Both the position numbers and the translations under genes were made by a program. A stretch of 64,000 nt of DNA from Alphaproteobacteria bacterium (GTDB lineage: Bacteria > Pseudomonadota > Alphaproteobacteria > Micavibrionales > Micavibrionaceae): positions 4,598 through 68,597 of the forward strand of contig JABSQP010000009.1 in assembly GCA_013215815.1 (NCBI GenBank), read 5' to 3'. Within the stretch, counting starts at the first letter, position 1, and every line of letters starts with the position of its first letter. The notes beneath the pieces are model-generated. The model saw only the letters and a list, made by a program, of their open reading frames with translations, searched no databases and was not told where the DNA came from. Shown here piece after piece: positions 48,201-56,607 of this stretch.

Positions 48201-51200
48201 GTCATGGTATCTACGTAAATCCATCTGACAACATTCGTATTCTAGACAACACAATCACTGACACAGGTGAAGATGGCGTCCATGTAGAAGAAGGATATGA
48301 TGTTCGTGTTCGTCGTAATACAATTCGCCGTACTGGTGATGACGGTATTGATATCACACGTAACGATTATGTTCGTGTAACAGATAACACAGTAACAGAC
48401 ACAGACAGACGTAGTATTTCTATTGAGCGCTCTAGGAATGACGTAGAAAATTTCTCAGTTGTTGCTGCAGATAACACAGTTCGCCGCACTGGTAGAACAG
48501 GTATCGTTGTTGATCGCTTCACGACAGCACGCGTAGTGGATAACACGGTAACAGATTCAAACAGAGCTGGTATTCGTGTTCAACGTGGTGACGAAGCGCG
48601 TATTCGCCGTAATACAGTTCGTGACACACGCCGTGATGGAATTAGAGCGTTGAACCTTGATAGCGTTGACATCCGTCGTAACCTCGTTCGCAGAGCTGGC
48701 TGGGATGGCGTTCACCTAGAAAACTTCGGTTCGGCATGGATCGCTTACAATGATATTAAATGGACAGGTGATGATGGTGTCGATGCAACGAACGGTGACT
48801 TCGTCTCCATCTACGATAACTACATTGATCTATCTGGTTTCTTACCTGCAGAGATCTTCGGTAACGAGGAAGTTGGCGATGATGCAAATGGTATCTATGT
48901 TAGTGATGTTGGTGATGGTGAATTACCACCTCTATCTTTAGATGAAGGCTTCGGCTTTGGTTATTACGGTACATCTGTTGAAATTCATGGCAACGACGTT
49001 GTGAATGCTGAAGATGACGGTATCCAAGTTGAAGAAAGCGACTCTACTTACATCGGCTTCAACATAGTCGGTCACGCGGGCGATGACGGTATCGACGTCG
49101 ATGATGTAGACTACACAAAAGTATCTAACAACGTTGTTACTCTAGTGGGAGATAAGGGTATCACAATCGATAGCGGCAACTATGCTGGCGTATTCGATAA
49201 CTTAATCCTTTTAACTGGTAGTGACGGCATCCAAGTTGAGAATGTTCGCTACGACCATGACACAGACATCACAATACTTGGTGATGATAGTTACGGTTAC
49301 GGTTGGGCTGTAAATGTTTCCGGTAACGAAGTTGCTATGACAGGCAATGACGGCATTGAAGTGCGCAACAGCGATGCAACAAAAGTTCAAAAGAACAAAG
49401 TGTTCATGGCTGGTATGGGTGAAAATCTTGAAGATGTTATTGATACGATCAATGACTTTGCGAGTGAAACATTCAACCCATTACGTATCAGACGTCCTGC
49501 AACTCCATCTTACGAAGGTTTCGAATTATCATGGGGTAATGGTCACGGTATCAATGTTCATGGCATTGATGGTGCGTATTACAGTCCGAACGGTTGGGCA
49601 GCTGATATACGCGGTAATACAGTAGAATACACTGGTGGCCACGGCATTCTTGCAGAAAATAACGACAGAACACGCATTAAAAATAACCGTGTTCGTTACG
49701 CAGGTGTTGATAAAACATACTTTGACGGCGCATACAGCATGATGGACGTATTGAACAGCGGACCATTCCATGGTGAAGGTCGTCGTGATCTATGGCAGTC
49801 AACTGATGACAGCATGATGGATGTTCTGAATGGATACTTTGGTCAAGAAGAAGATCCTGAACCAGAATATGGTGACTACATCACAATCAGCTCTGTTGAT
49901 TTCGATTCACATGACGGTATTCACGCAGAAAACATTTACAGTGAATCACTTGATGGCCTAAGTGGTCGTGATTACCTCTACGATCTAAAAATCAAAAAGA
50001 ATGATGTGCGTCGCACAGGTGATGATGGTATCGAGGTGGTTTACGCAGGCCGTACTTTAATTGCGAAGAACACTGTGCGTCACGCAGGCTATGGTGATGA
50101 TATCGACTATGGTTCTGGTGATTATTACGGCGCAGATGGTATTCATGCGCGTTACATTTCAGGTAGCGTGTTTGGTTACCCAGATTCTCCTGGTTTAGAT
50201 CGCGGTGGACGTGAACCTGCAGAAAACTACGCTCTTATCGTTCGTAGAAACGATGTTCGCAATACAGCTGACGATGGTATTGAAGTTGTTGGTCGCGGCG
50301 GTATACCTGAAGTTAGCGTAGCAAGTACTGCTGGGCGTGGTTACCCACCATACTTCATCGGTACAACAGATCGTGTACTGATCAAGAAAAACACTGTACG
50401 CCGTTCAGGTATAGTTAATGGATTTGGCTTCTATGAAGATAATCTAGGCCCTGACGGTTACGGACACGATGGCATCCATGTGCGTGGCATTAATGGCCGC
50501 ACTGGTCCTATCTGGTCAGCTACAACATTAGCAGGCCCTGGCCCTCTCCCAGGTGATGGTGAGTATGGCTATTATGGTTACGCCGTAGACGTTATCGATA
50601 ACGATGTTCGCCGTACAGGCGACGATGGTATCGAGGTCATCAACTCCTCGTCTACATTGATCCTTGATAACACAGTAAGACGCGCTGGCGTTGGTGGTGG
50701 ATTATACTACGGTGGCGGAGATTACTTCGGCGCGGATGGTATCCATGTCCGTAACGTTGGTGACCTATTTGGTATTCCAGTTTGGCTCCCGGGTGCAGCT
50801 GGAGAGGCTGGATTCGGCTTCATTCCTTATTCAGTTGTTATTTCTGAAAATGATGTCCGCAGAACTGCAGATGATGGCATCGAAGTCGTTGACGAATTCG
50901 GACCAGAAAAAATGATCCAAGGATGGGGTGACGGCGGCGATGGTGACGGCTTCCCTGTCTTCGACCGTACAACTGGACGAACACTTATTTCTGAAAATGA
51001 TGTCCGTCACGCTGGTTATGGACTTCCTCCGATTGGTGATGGCTACCCATATAGTGGTTATGCTCCAGATGGATACGGCGCAGACGGCATTCATGTCCGC
51101 GGCGTAGGTCGCCCATCATATGGCGACGGAGATGGTGATGGCTGTGGCGCACCAACAGTTGGGTTCATCAATGATGGCTTCTACCCAGGTGATTTTGATG

Positions 51201-52288
51201 TTGAGATTTCAGATAACTACATCTGGAGCTCGGCGGATGATGGTGTTGAAGTTCACGGCCGCCCGTTTGGTCAAACTAACGTTCTAGTAGATCGCAATAT
51301 CATCGAGGACTCAGGTGATAACGGAATCTTGATTGCATCAGGTAATGGCCGTTTTGGATTTAAAATGCGCCCTATACCGTCAGTGTTCTTAAGCCCTATT
51401 GGAGGAGAAATTAACTCTGTTGTTTCAAACAATGAGGTATCTAACTCTGGTACAAATGGCTTGAACATTGCTGGATCTACACATAATGAGGTTATCGTTT
51501 CAGGAAATACATTTACTGACAACGATACTGGTGCTTCTTTCGAAAGTGGTACTATCGACCTCACAGGTGAAGGTAATACATTTGTTGGAGGCCGTGTTGG
51601 TATGCGTTTTGCGCCTGCTCCAATATTCTATTACCCAACAGCGCAGGTTCTTGATATCACGCCATCAATCTTACCACCTATGTTTGCACCAATGTCTCTT
51701 GTAGATAATACAATCGGCGCGCAAATATTTAATGGTCAAGATGAAAGCTATGTTGAACTCGACAATGGTGCGTTCTTCGATCCAGGTACACCAACATTAC
51801 TGAATGCTTTAGACAGCACATATGTTGGAACGCCTTTCGGAACGTTCACTCCGTCTTCTGATTTCGCAGCAGGCCTACCACTTAATGTTGTAGCCTACCT
51901 AGAGAGCAAGTTCGTTCACTTTAACGACAATGGAACAACAGGCTTGTTCTTCTTCCCTCTCTTACCTGAGATTTCACAAGAAGATATCTTCAACTACTTC
52001 GGCCCATACTCTTCTGGCCTAGCGGGTCTAGACGTTACTATCTTAGGCCTCCCAGGCATTCCTGGTGGATCTCCGGTAGCGCTTAATAACATTGCTCCTG
52101 CAGCTGGCGGAGATACATCTCCTGAAGCTCTGAATGCAATTGCGACAGCAGCTGGTGAAGATGGCGGTGAAACATCATCTTGTTGGGGTGATGCAATCGG
52201 CGCCGCGGGATCAGGCCAAACTGCAACTCTTAGCTACGGTGGTAGCGCAGAAGAGCTTCTCAGTGGCGAAGCAAGCTGTGGATCCTAA
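45299..52288 (+). CDS. Giant TpsA exoprotein: haemagglutinin-type TPS domain plus right-handed parallel beta-helix (PbH1/CASH-like) repeats
   Basis: 2329 aa. It has a signal-like N-terminus and a TPS domain pattern (INQHTQTYIGNSPNLDIGKNQTVII...ILGTL...VMVIDRNGVFFGKDARVDVGSIIATT...VNKGTITVANAGLAAFVSP.ISNSGLI). About 2000 aa of 22-25-residue repeats of the type N.I...GDDGI.L..S....I..N follow. Confidence 0.85.
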   Translation: MISTALTAAGLLCIAPNAKADPAWSDFTDVSGTISTDVSIPDTTKINQHTQTYIGNSPNLDIGKNQTVIIGQNNTGSLFVGRATGAGDDPTKILGTLKTVLKKPSDGNDGFTFSNRRGGDVMVIDRNGVFFGKDARVDVGSIIATTGKVKNSDILDGDGKFKFKNFGDGEIVNKGTITVANAGLAAFVSPHISNSGLIKATVGRVAMASGSKVTLDLYGDNLIEIAVDEDFNEGLIKNTGTILAKGGEVIIKAEVAKDAVDNVINMGGIVNASAATVKGGKIVLSGGSSGKVTVKGRLDASGNTTDGGSVDISGERIKITDTARLRAKGYNGSAAGEITAIADERLVVDGRLTAQGLTDTGFIETSAPTTLFGTGASILATREWLLDPTDVSIDAALGGLIEAQLGVGDMTVETPAAGGDAGNIAMRTIIDWATDNTLKLIAHNDIFLSGSYGGGINAAGAGNFIAEAGDDFRMNAGNGSIIMNGGDVTISTGDEFTLDDGFILAGGGNISIDNTESFSAVANSLRTSGTGTIEINQNKDANGNSIIATPTIQNAIDAISNTGTGTNTINVGAGTWAESVNVDHANLVLNGANAGLHGSDGARGAETIVTPNSPGFYVTADNATIDGFTVDGSGASGNNGIEVDGVNNFKGINNVLMNNTDTGAGRSASSWITGVGVIVKDSTGTIEIADNRAEGNTDGVRILDTDAAALGDVKIKGNDVVDSGDKGIITKNSDNIKIVDNDVTGSSTGVWLENSSGNVVRDNTVDDSSQNAIRLRNNSDDNVIHDNRIDGAGDNGILVAANSDNVVIRNNRIRNVDENGIDLDDSDNARIIGNRIGLADGADNIGDDGIDLDDSNGAVIRDNRIRNTDENGIDLDDSDDAKIIANVINDTGDDGVDLDNSDNARIIDNRIGLAGAVDNIGDDGIDLDNSDGALIKGNKVKNTTENGIDIRSSDNTTMRDNVVRVTGGHGIYVNPSDNIRILDNTITDTGEDGVHVEEGYDVRVRRNTIRRTGDDGIDITRNDYVRVTDNTVTDTDRRSISIERSRNDVENFSVVAADNTVRRTGRTGIVVDRFTTARVVDNTVTDSNRAGIRVQRGDEARIRRNTVRDTRRDGIRALNLDSVDIRRNLVRRAGWDGVHLENFGSAWIAYNDIKWTGDDGVDATNGDFVSIYDNYIDLSGFLPAEIFGNEEVGDDANGIYVSDVGDGELPPLSLDEGFGFGYYGTSVEIHGNDVVNAEDDGIQVEESDSTYIGFNIVGHAGDDGIDVDDVDYTKVSNNVVTLVGDKGITIDSGNYAGVFDNLILLTGSDGIQVENVRYDHDTDITILGDDSYGYGWAVNVSGNEVAMTGNDGIEVRNSDATKVQKNKVFMAGMGENLEDVIDTINDFASETFNPLRIRRPATPSYEGFELSWGNGHGINVHGIDGAYYSPNGWAADIRGNTVEYTGGHGILAENNDRTRIKNNRVRYAGVDKTYFDGAYSMMDVLNSGPFHGEGRRDLWQSTDDSMMDVLNGYFGQEEDPEPEYGDYITISSVDFDSHDGIHAENIYSESLDGLSGRDYLYDLKIKKNDVRRTGDDGIEVVYAGRTLIAKNTVRHAGYGDDIDYGSGDYYGADGIHARYISGSVFGYPDSPGLDRGGREPAENYALIVRRNDVRNTADDGIEVVGRGGIPEVSVASTAGRGYPPYFIGTTDRVLIKKNTVRRSGIVNGFGFYEDNLGPDGYGHDGIHVRGINGRTGPIWSATTLAGPGPLPGDGEYGYYGYAVDVIDNDVRRTGDDGIEVINSSSTLILDNTVRRAGVGGGLYYGGGDYFGADGIHVRNVGDLFGIPVWLPGAAGEAGFGFIPYSVVISENDVRRTADDGIEVVDEFGPEKMIQGWGDGGDGDGFPVFDRTTGRTLISENDVRHAGYGLPPIGDGYPYSGYAPDGYGADGIHVRGVGRPSYGDGDGDGCGAPTVGFINDGFYPGDFDVEISDNYIWSSADDGVEVHGRPFGQTNVLVDRNIIEDSGDNGILIASGNGRFGFKMRPIPSVFLSPIGGEINSVVSNNEVSNSGTNGLNIAGSTHNEVIVSGNTFTDNDTGASFESGTIDLTGEGNTFVGGRVGMRFAPAPIFYYPTAQVLDITPSILPPMFAPMSLVDNTIGAQIFNGQDESYVELDNGAFFDPGTPTLLNALDSTYVGTPFGTFTPSSDFAAGLPLNVVAYLESKFVHFNDNGTTGLFFFPLLPEISQEDIFNYFGPYSSGLAGLDVTILGLPGIPGGSPVALNNIAPAAGGDTSPEALNAIATAAGEDGGETSSCWGDAIGAAGSGQTATLSYGGSAEELLSGEASCGS
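47762..48211 (+). repeat. Intragenic 225-nt (75-codon) tandem duplication within tpsA
   Basis: The segment from 47762 (GATCTAGATGATAGCGACAATGCACGTATCATCGGAAACCGTATCGG...) recurs at 47987 (GATCTAGATAACAGCGACAATGCACGTATCATTGATAATCGTATCGG...) with high identity over about 90 nt. The outer boundary is approximate. Confidence 0.6.
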
Positions 52289-52316
52289 GATTTGGTTTAA
52301 GAAATAAATGAATTTT

Positions 52317-52346
52317 AAAACACCCCTTCTGGGGTGTTTTTTTATT
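52317..52346. terminator. Bidirectional rho-independent terminator between tpsA and the VTC gene
   Basis: AAAACACCCC (52317-52326), loop TTCT, then GGGGTGTTTT (52331-52340) followed by TTTATT. A/T runs lie on both sides. Confidence 0.75.
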
Positions 52347-52357
52347 CGTATAGAAAT

Positions 52358-53044
52358 TTAATAATAGGTCGCGTAGCCAAAAGCCGCTAAACCAACAAGG
52401 TATTTAGAATGGCGTTTCGGCGTTAAATTTAAAGCGCGCAAAGATTGTACAACAGCAGATCGACGTTCAGCAGGAAACTTAACTTCCATAACTGATTGTG
52501 GATATGAAATCACTTGGCTCTCTGATAGCTTCATATGAGGTAGCGGTGACGAAAACTGGACGGACCGATCAAACGTCACGCGAACACCGTCTAACCCTTC
52601 GTAATACTCACGTTCATAAGACACATGCAAAGTTGGAAAGAAGTAATCATCTGCCAAAAAAGATCTATCGCCACCTAAACTGCTGTGTACTCGTTGGAAT
52701 AAATCACCATATTTTAGATCCAATAACTCTTTTTCCAATCCGTGTGTATCAAAGCGATCTTTTCCGCCCAACCTGCCATCACGATACTTCACTTCCAGAT
52801 GAACTGAATTGATGTTTTCTTTCTTATCATCATGATACCAGCGCAACCGTATTTTTCGCCTTTGAGAAATACCCGCCAGATTATCACGCACGGCGCTATA
52901 TCCAGGATCATCGAAGTAAATAGAGTTTACTGTTCTTTTAGGATGCGCTTCTCTCGCGCCTGTAGTGCTATAAAGCCAGGAAACAGCCTGAGACAGCCTA
53001 CTCTCATCCAGAACAAACTTCATTTCATAGCGATAATCACTCAT
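52358..53044 (-). CDS. VTC-domain (triphosphate tunnel, polyphosphate-polymerase-like) protein
   Basis: 228 aa and soluble. Beta-strand motifs with alternating charged residues (YRYEMKFVL, SIYFDDP, RRKIRLRWY, VHLEVKYRDG, VMEVKFP) are typical of VTC/CYTH tunnel enzymes. It overlaps the CotH-like gene by 4 nt. Confidence 0.7.
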   Translation of the reverse strand: MSDYRYEMKFVLDESRLSQAVSWLYSTTGAREAHPKRTVNSIYFDDPGYSAVRDNLAGISQRRKIRLRWYHDDKKENINSVHLEVKYRDGRLGGKDRFDTHGLEKELLDLKYGDLFQRVHSSLGGDRSFLADDYFFPTLHVSYEREYYEGLDGVRVTFDRSVQFSSPLPHMKLSESQVISYPQSVMEVKFPAERRSAVVQSLRALNLTPKRHSKYLVGLAAFGYATYY

Positions 53045-55671
53045 TTTCTCATCGTCTCGCTTTTGTATAGCTTCTTAACGTTAATATCTATTTCTTCTAC
53101 CTCTTGACCATCGACGATTAAGGTTGTGCCCTCTTGTCTAGAAAAAGCATTAGAGTCATCATAACTCATATTATTTATCGTAAGATAAGATGGCCCAAAC
53201 ATTGGCTTCTTCATATACGTCATTGCTGCATGTAATTTATAATTAACAACAGATATACCCTCTGCTTCAACACGGCTTCCATCCTTAGATGCAATCGCTA
53301 CTCCAACATTATTTGCTAGACTATTCTTAACGATAAGGTCGCTCCCCTCGCCTGCAGATATAGCTTTATCGTGAATATTGGTGGCGTCCAAGCCATCAAT
53401 AAGAACGCGACTACCAGAGAAATCGACACCATCTCCCCTCACATTATCTACATTTACATTGAGTATTTTCCCATCTGAAAAATCACAATCAAAAGCGTCA
53501 GAACGTGTCGTTGTTAACGTACTGCGTTCCAACGTGAAGTCGGAGCGAACAATATTAAGAGCGTCTTCCGCAATTGTTCCTAAAAATTTTGAATCACTGA
53601 TTGTTACAGGAGATTTATAGAATGTAACGGCTCCAGTTAGTGATAAAAGACCATCTTGCAATGCCGTCGTGTTAGCAATAACAACATGCTGCAATACAGA
53701 TGGCTTTTGAGCCTGTAAGACATATACACCCTTCCAAGTCTCTTCTGAAGGCAGCATTTGTATCTTCAGCTTATCTGTTCCTTTTGCGTTCAATGCGCCC
53801 CGCACAATCATATATGCATCTGGCGCGAAAATCATTTTAACGCCCGCAGCTATTTCCAAATCACCATTGACGAGAAAAGGACGGGAAACAAACCAAGTAC
53901 CGTAATTTATACGGTACTTATCTTCATCAATCTTCTTAACAAATCTAGGGCTTTCTTGATTATATAACGCATCAAAAGGATTATAATAATCAGTTGAAAA
54001 AGTTGCCTTTGAAGATGTTACGCGCTTAATACCTTTGTAAGAAGTATGCGCTTTAAAACGATTATCATGATTGCCCGTGAAATCTGTTTTTACTTTAAGC
54101 TCACCGTTATTTTCAGTGTATGGCGGAACAACTGATGAGGTAAATTCAACTTCTTTATCCTTATAGTATATCTTCTCAATTTTAACTGGAACATCTAAGA
54201 GGTTAAATAAAACAAGATCGCCACTATCGTAATGGCGAATATGCACATGATCTAGTAATCCATTTACTTGTTTTTCTGTAGGCTCTTGTTTCGACTGAGC
54301 ACTTCTATTTTCTGGTGATCCAAAATTTTCAAGATCTGCATTCTTTTTTACGATCTCAACATTGTTAAAAAACATTTCAAAATCAATTTCTGCGTTATTT
54401 GGAAAATAACTTTGATAATGTTCATACAAACTTGGGATGGCATTACTGGCTTCTGAAACAGACGCTAGAGCCTTAGGCAAAAGGGCCTTCGCTTCTGGTT
54501 GTGATAAAGCTGCTTGGAACAACCATTCGTTTTCCAAAAATTTTAAAGGATTTATATCATCGGAGACAGGGTAGAACGCACCCTGATCAGTTGTGATTGG
54601 CTCTAACTGCAAAATATATGGATTGAAATAAAACCGGGCATTATTAAAATCCAACGTATGCTTATTATTCCACATAGCCGTGGAAATACCTGTCTTAAGA
54701 AAGCTCTCTACATTAACAACGCTCGCTTCCTCCCCTTTTAGAAATCTATCCATAACGAAACTGTAATAATCTCTAAACAGTGGGTTTTCGAAGTTCTTAT
54801 TCATACGATAAACAGATGTAAACAAACGTCTATCGGACAAACGATATCCCTTGTAAGGATTATCTTCTAACGTTTGATATGTCGCTTTTTGGCCGTCTAT
54901 TAGCTTGAAAATAAGAGACTCTTTAGACTTACGCTTTTCTAAGAACTCTTTAGACATATGCTCTTCAGCATGCATCACACCCCAATTTTCACCATTTACA
55001 AAAACACGTAAATAATTATGACTTGAAGACAGCTCACCCGTTTGCGAAACAAACCCTTGGAAAACCTGATCGTATGGATGTTGCCGCGCGCCTGGCTTTT
55101 GAATAGAAAATCTATTAAAGCCATTAATCATTTTCTTTTTCTTTAAGTTGATGCGCAAACTCATACGCGTTTTAGAGCGCCAATGATCATAAAGATCGCC
55201 TTTTAAACGTATATCTGCTTTATATGTTTTACCCTGATAACGAATTTGAGCTGGAACCTCATTCGGTTCCATTAAACGGTAGTGCTCTAATGCTTTTTTC
55301 CTGTCATCCAAAATAGTCTTATAATCTCTAAACTTGATATCTATATCGATACGATCAATATCAGGCCGATCAGAAAAACCGGTGACTTTTTTATAGATTA
55401 TAGAGGGTGCCCGAAATAAAACCTTTTCAGGGAACATCTTAAGCATAGACAGTATAACTTCAGATTTTGTGTTTCCGAGCTGATTGATGTTTCCGACACC
55501 ATAAAGGCCGGTAACGCTGGCTATACCCCAATCATACACAAGCGCTTTATCAAGAACAGAAGCACCTTCCAGCTTCAGACGCTCTTTAGTGATTCCAAAA
55601 GTAAGCAATACCAACAATATCAGCGCCCCTATTATTAGAGGTTTTTTGGCATTTTGCTTTTTTATAATCAT
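53041..55671 (-). CDS. Exported/anchored CotH-like kinase family protein with C-terminal beta-helix repeats
   Basis: 876 aa with an N-terminal anchor KKPLIIGALILLVLLTFGI. The CotH-like core is YKADIRLKGDLYDHWRSKTRMSLRINL...FSIQKPGARQHPYDQVF...NYLRVFVNGENWGVMHAEEHMSKEFLEKR. The C-terminal ~250 aa are PbH1-like repeats (DALNIVRSDFTL...DGVDFSGSRVLI...DKAISAGEGSDLIV...VGVAIASKDGSRV). Confidence 0.65.
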   Translation of the reverse strand: MIIKKQNAKKPLIIGALILLVLLTFGITKERLKLEGASVLDKALVYDWGIASVTGLYGVGNINQLGNTKSEVILSMLKMFPEKVLFRAPSIIYKKVTGFSDRPDIDRIDIDIKFRDYKTILDDRKKALEHYRLMEPNEVPAQIRYQGKTYKADIRLKGDLYDHWRSKTRMSLRINLKKKKMINGFNRFSIQKPGARQHPYDQVFQGFVSQTGELSSSHNYLRVFVNGENWGVMHAEEHMSKEFLEKRKSKESLIFKLIDGQKATYQTLEDNPYKGYRLSDRRLFTSVYRMNKNFENPLFRDYYSFVMDRFLKGEEASVVNVESFLKTGISTAMWNNKHTLDFNNARFYFNPYILQLEPITTDQGAFYPVSDDINPLKFLENEWLFQAALSQPEAKALLPKALASVSEASNAIPSLYEHYQSYFPNNAEIDFEMFFNNVEIVKKNADLENFGSPENRSAQSKQEPTEKQVNGLLDHVHIRHYDSGDLVLFNLLDVPVKIEKIYYKDKEVEFTSSVVPPYTENNGELKVKTDFTGNHDNRFKAHTSYKGIKRVTSSKATFSTDYYNPFDALYNQESPRFVKKIDEDKYRINYGTWFVSRPFLVNGDLEIAAGVKMIFAPDAYMIVRGALNAKGTDKLKIQMLPSEETWKGVYVLQAQKPSVLQHVVIANTTALQDGLLSLTGAVTFYKSPVTISDSKFLGTIAEDALNIVRSDFTLERSTLTTTRSDAFDCDFSDGKILNVNVDNVRGDGVDFSGSRVLIDGLDATNIHDKAISAGEGSDLIVKNSLANNVGVAIASKDGSRVEAEGISVVNYKLHAAMTYMKKPMFGPSYLTINNMSYDDSNAFSRQEGTTLIVDGQEVEEIDINVKKLYKSETMRK

Positions 55672-55701
55672 ATGTATTTCCCGCTATCTAAGCGTACATA
55701 T

Positions 55702-56412
55702 CTACCAGTTTGTTTTAGCTTCAAAGAAGGAACAAGTTGCGGATTTATCTTCTTCTCGAACAAGTTTCATAACATTATCAAGCTTTTCATTATCATTCAG
55801 CGCAACCAACAAAACCGCAGTGTTCGCATCTGCTGTATAATCCAAGCGAACGACTTTTAAGCTCTTTGTGCGGTCTTTAATCGCATCTAATATCTGCGAA
55901 AACTCAATATCTGCTGATTTCCAATTAATCACCATGTTGTATTCATCTGCCTGTCCGACCTTACGGTTAGACAACCAAAAGTAAACAACCACCAAGATTG
56001 CTAAAGTAAATAATGTTGTAATTAGAACTTGGCCGGCACCATACCCAATACCTATGGCAATCGCCAAAAATAAATACACTAATTCTTCCGGCTCTTTAAT
56101 AGGCGTACGGAAACGTACAATAGAAAGAGCACCAACCAAACCAAGAGAAAGCGCAAGAGACGATTTCACAACGACAATAACCAAAAAGATTACAGCTGAA
56201 AGTACAGGTAAGACTGCACCAATGTGATTTTTACCAGTAAGAGAAAAAGAGCGACGAATATAGAAATCTCTGACAATAAATGCCATCGCCACACACAAGA
56301 CGAAACTAAAAGACGTTGGAATTAACTCTAGCTGATCACTAGAATTAGGAAATAATGTCGCGATGCTTTCAAGCTTGTCCATAAAAGGCTCCCCTATAGA
56401 TCGATAAACCAC
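55702..56412 (-). CDS. DUF4956 family membrane protein
   Basis: 236 aa with about 4 TM helices. The hallmark LGLVGALSIVRFRTPIKEPEELVYLFLAIAIGIGYGAG is present, followed by a ~95-aa soluble C-terminal domain. It is the first gene of the three-gene operon. Confidence 0.7.
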   Translation of the reverse strand: MVYRSIGEPFMDKLESIATLFPNSSDQLELIPTSFSFVLCVAMAFIVRDFYIRRSFSLTGKNHIGAVLPVLSAVIFLVIVVVKSSLALSLGLVGALSIVRFRTPIKEPEELVYLFLAIAIGIGYGAGQVLITTLFTLAILVVVYFWLSNRKVGQADEYNMVINWKSADIEFSQILDAIKDRTKSLKVVRLDYTADANTAVLLVALNDNEKLDNVMKLVREEDKSATCSFFEAKTNW

Positions 56413-56607
56413 TGATTTAAAATAATAAATTGTGATACATGCAGTTACACACTAACTATTTTCATTAAAATAGTCAGTTTATTAATTTTAGCAATAAAAT
56501 AAGTATGCCAATATGACTTAACATATATCCTCATTTATGTTTATTTCATCAAATTGACTAGATCAAAAACATCACTTTTACTTTTTAAAAACATTAAGAT
56601 CCGACAC

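Noticed and set aside
47650-48211. Regularly spaced near-identical DNA repeats that could suggest a CRISPR-like or minisatellite array
   Set aside because: The repeats are in frame, encode beta-helix coils of tpsA, and have no unique spacers or leader.
51900-52358. Contact-dependent inhibition (CdiA-CT toxin plus immunity) reading of the tpsA 3' end
   Set aside because: There is no VENN-like demarcation motif and no small downstream same-strand ORF. The next gene is convergent and separated only by a terminator.
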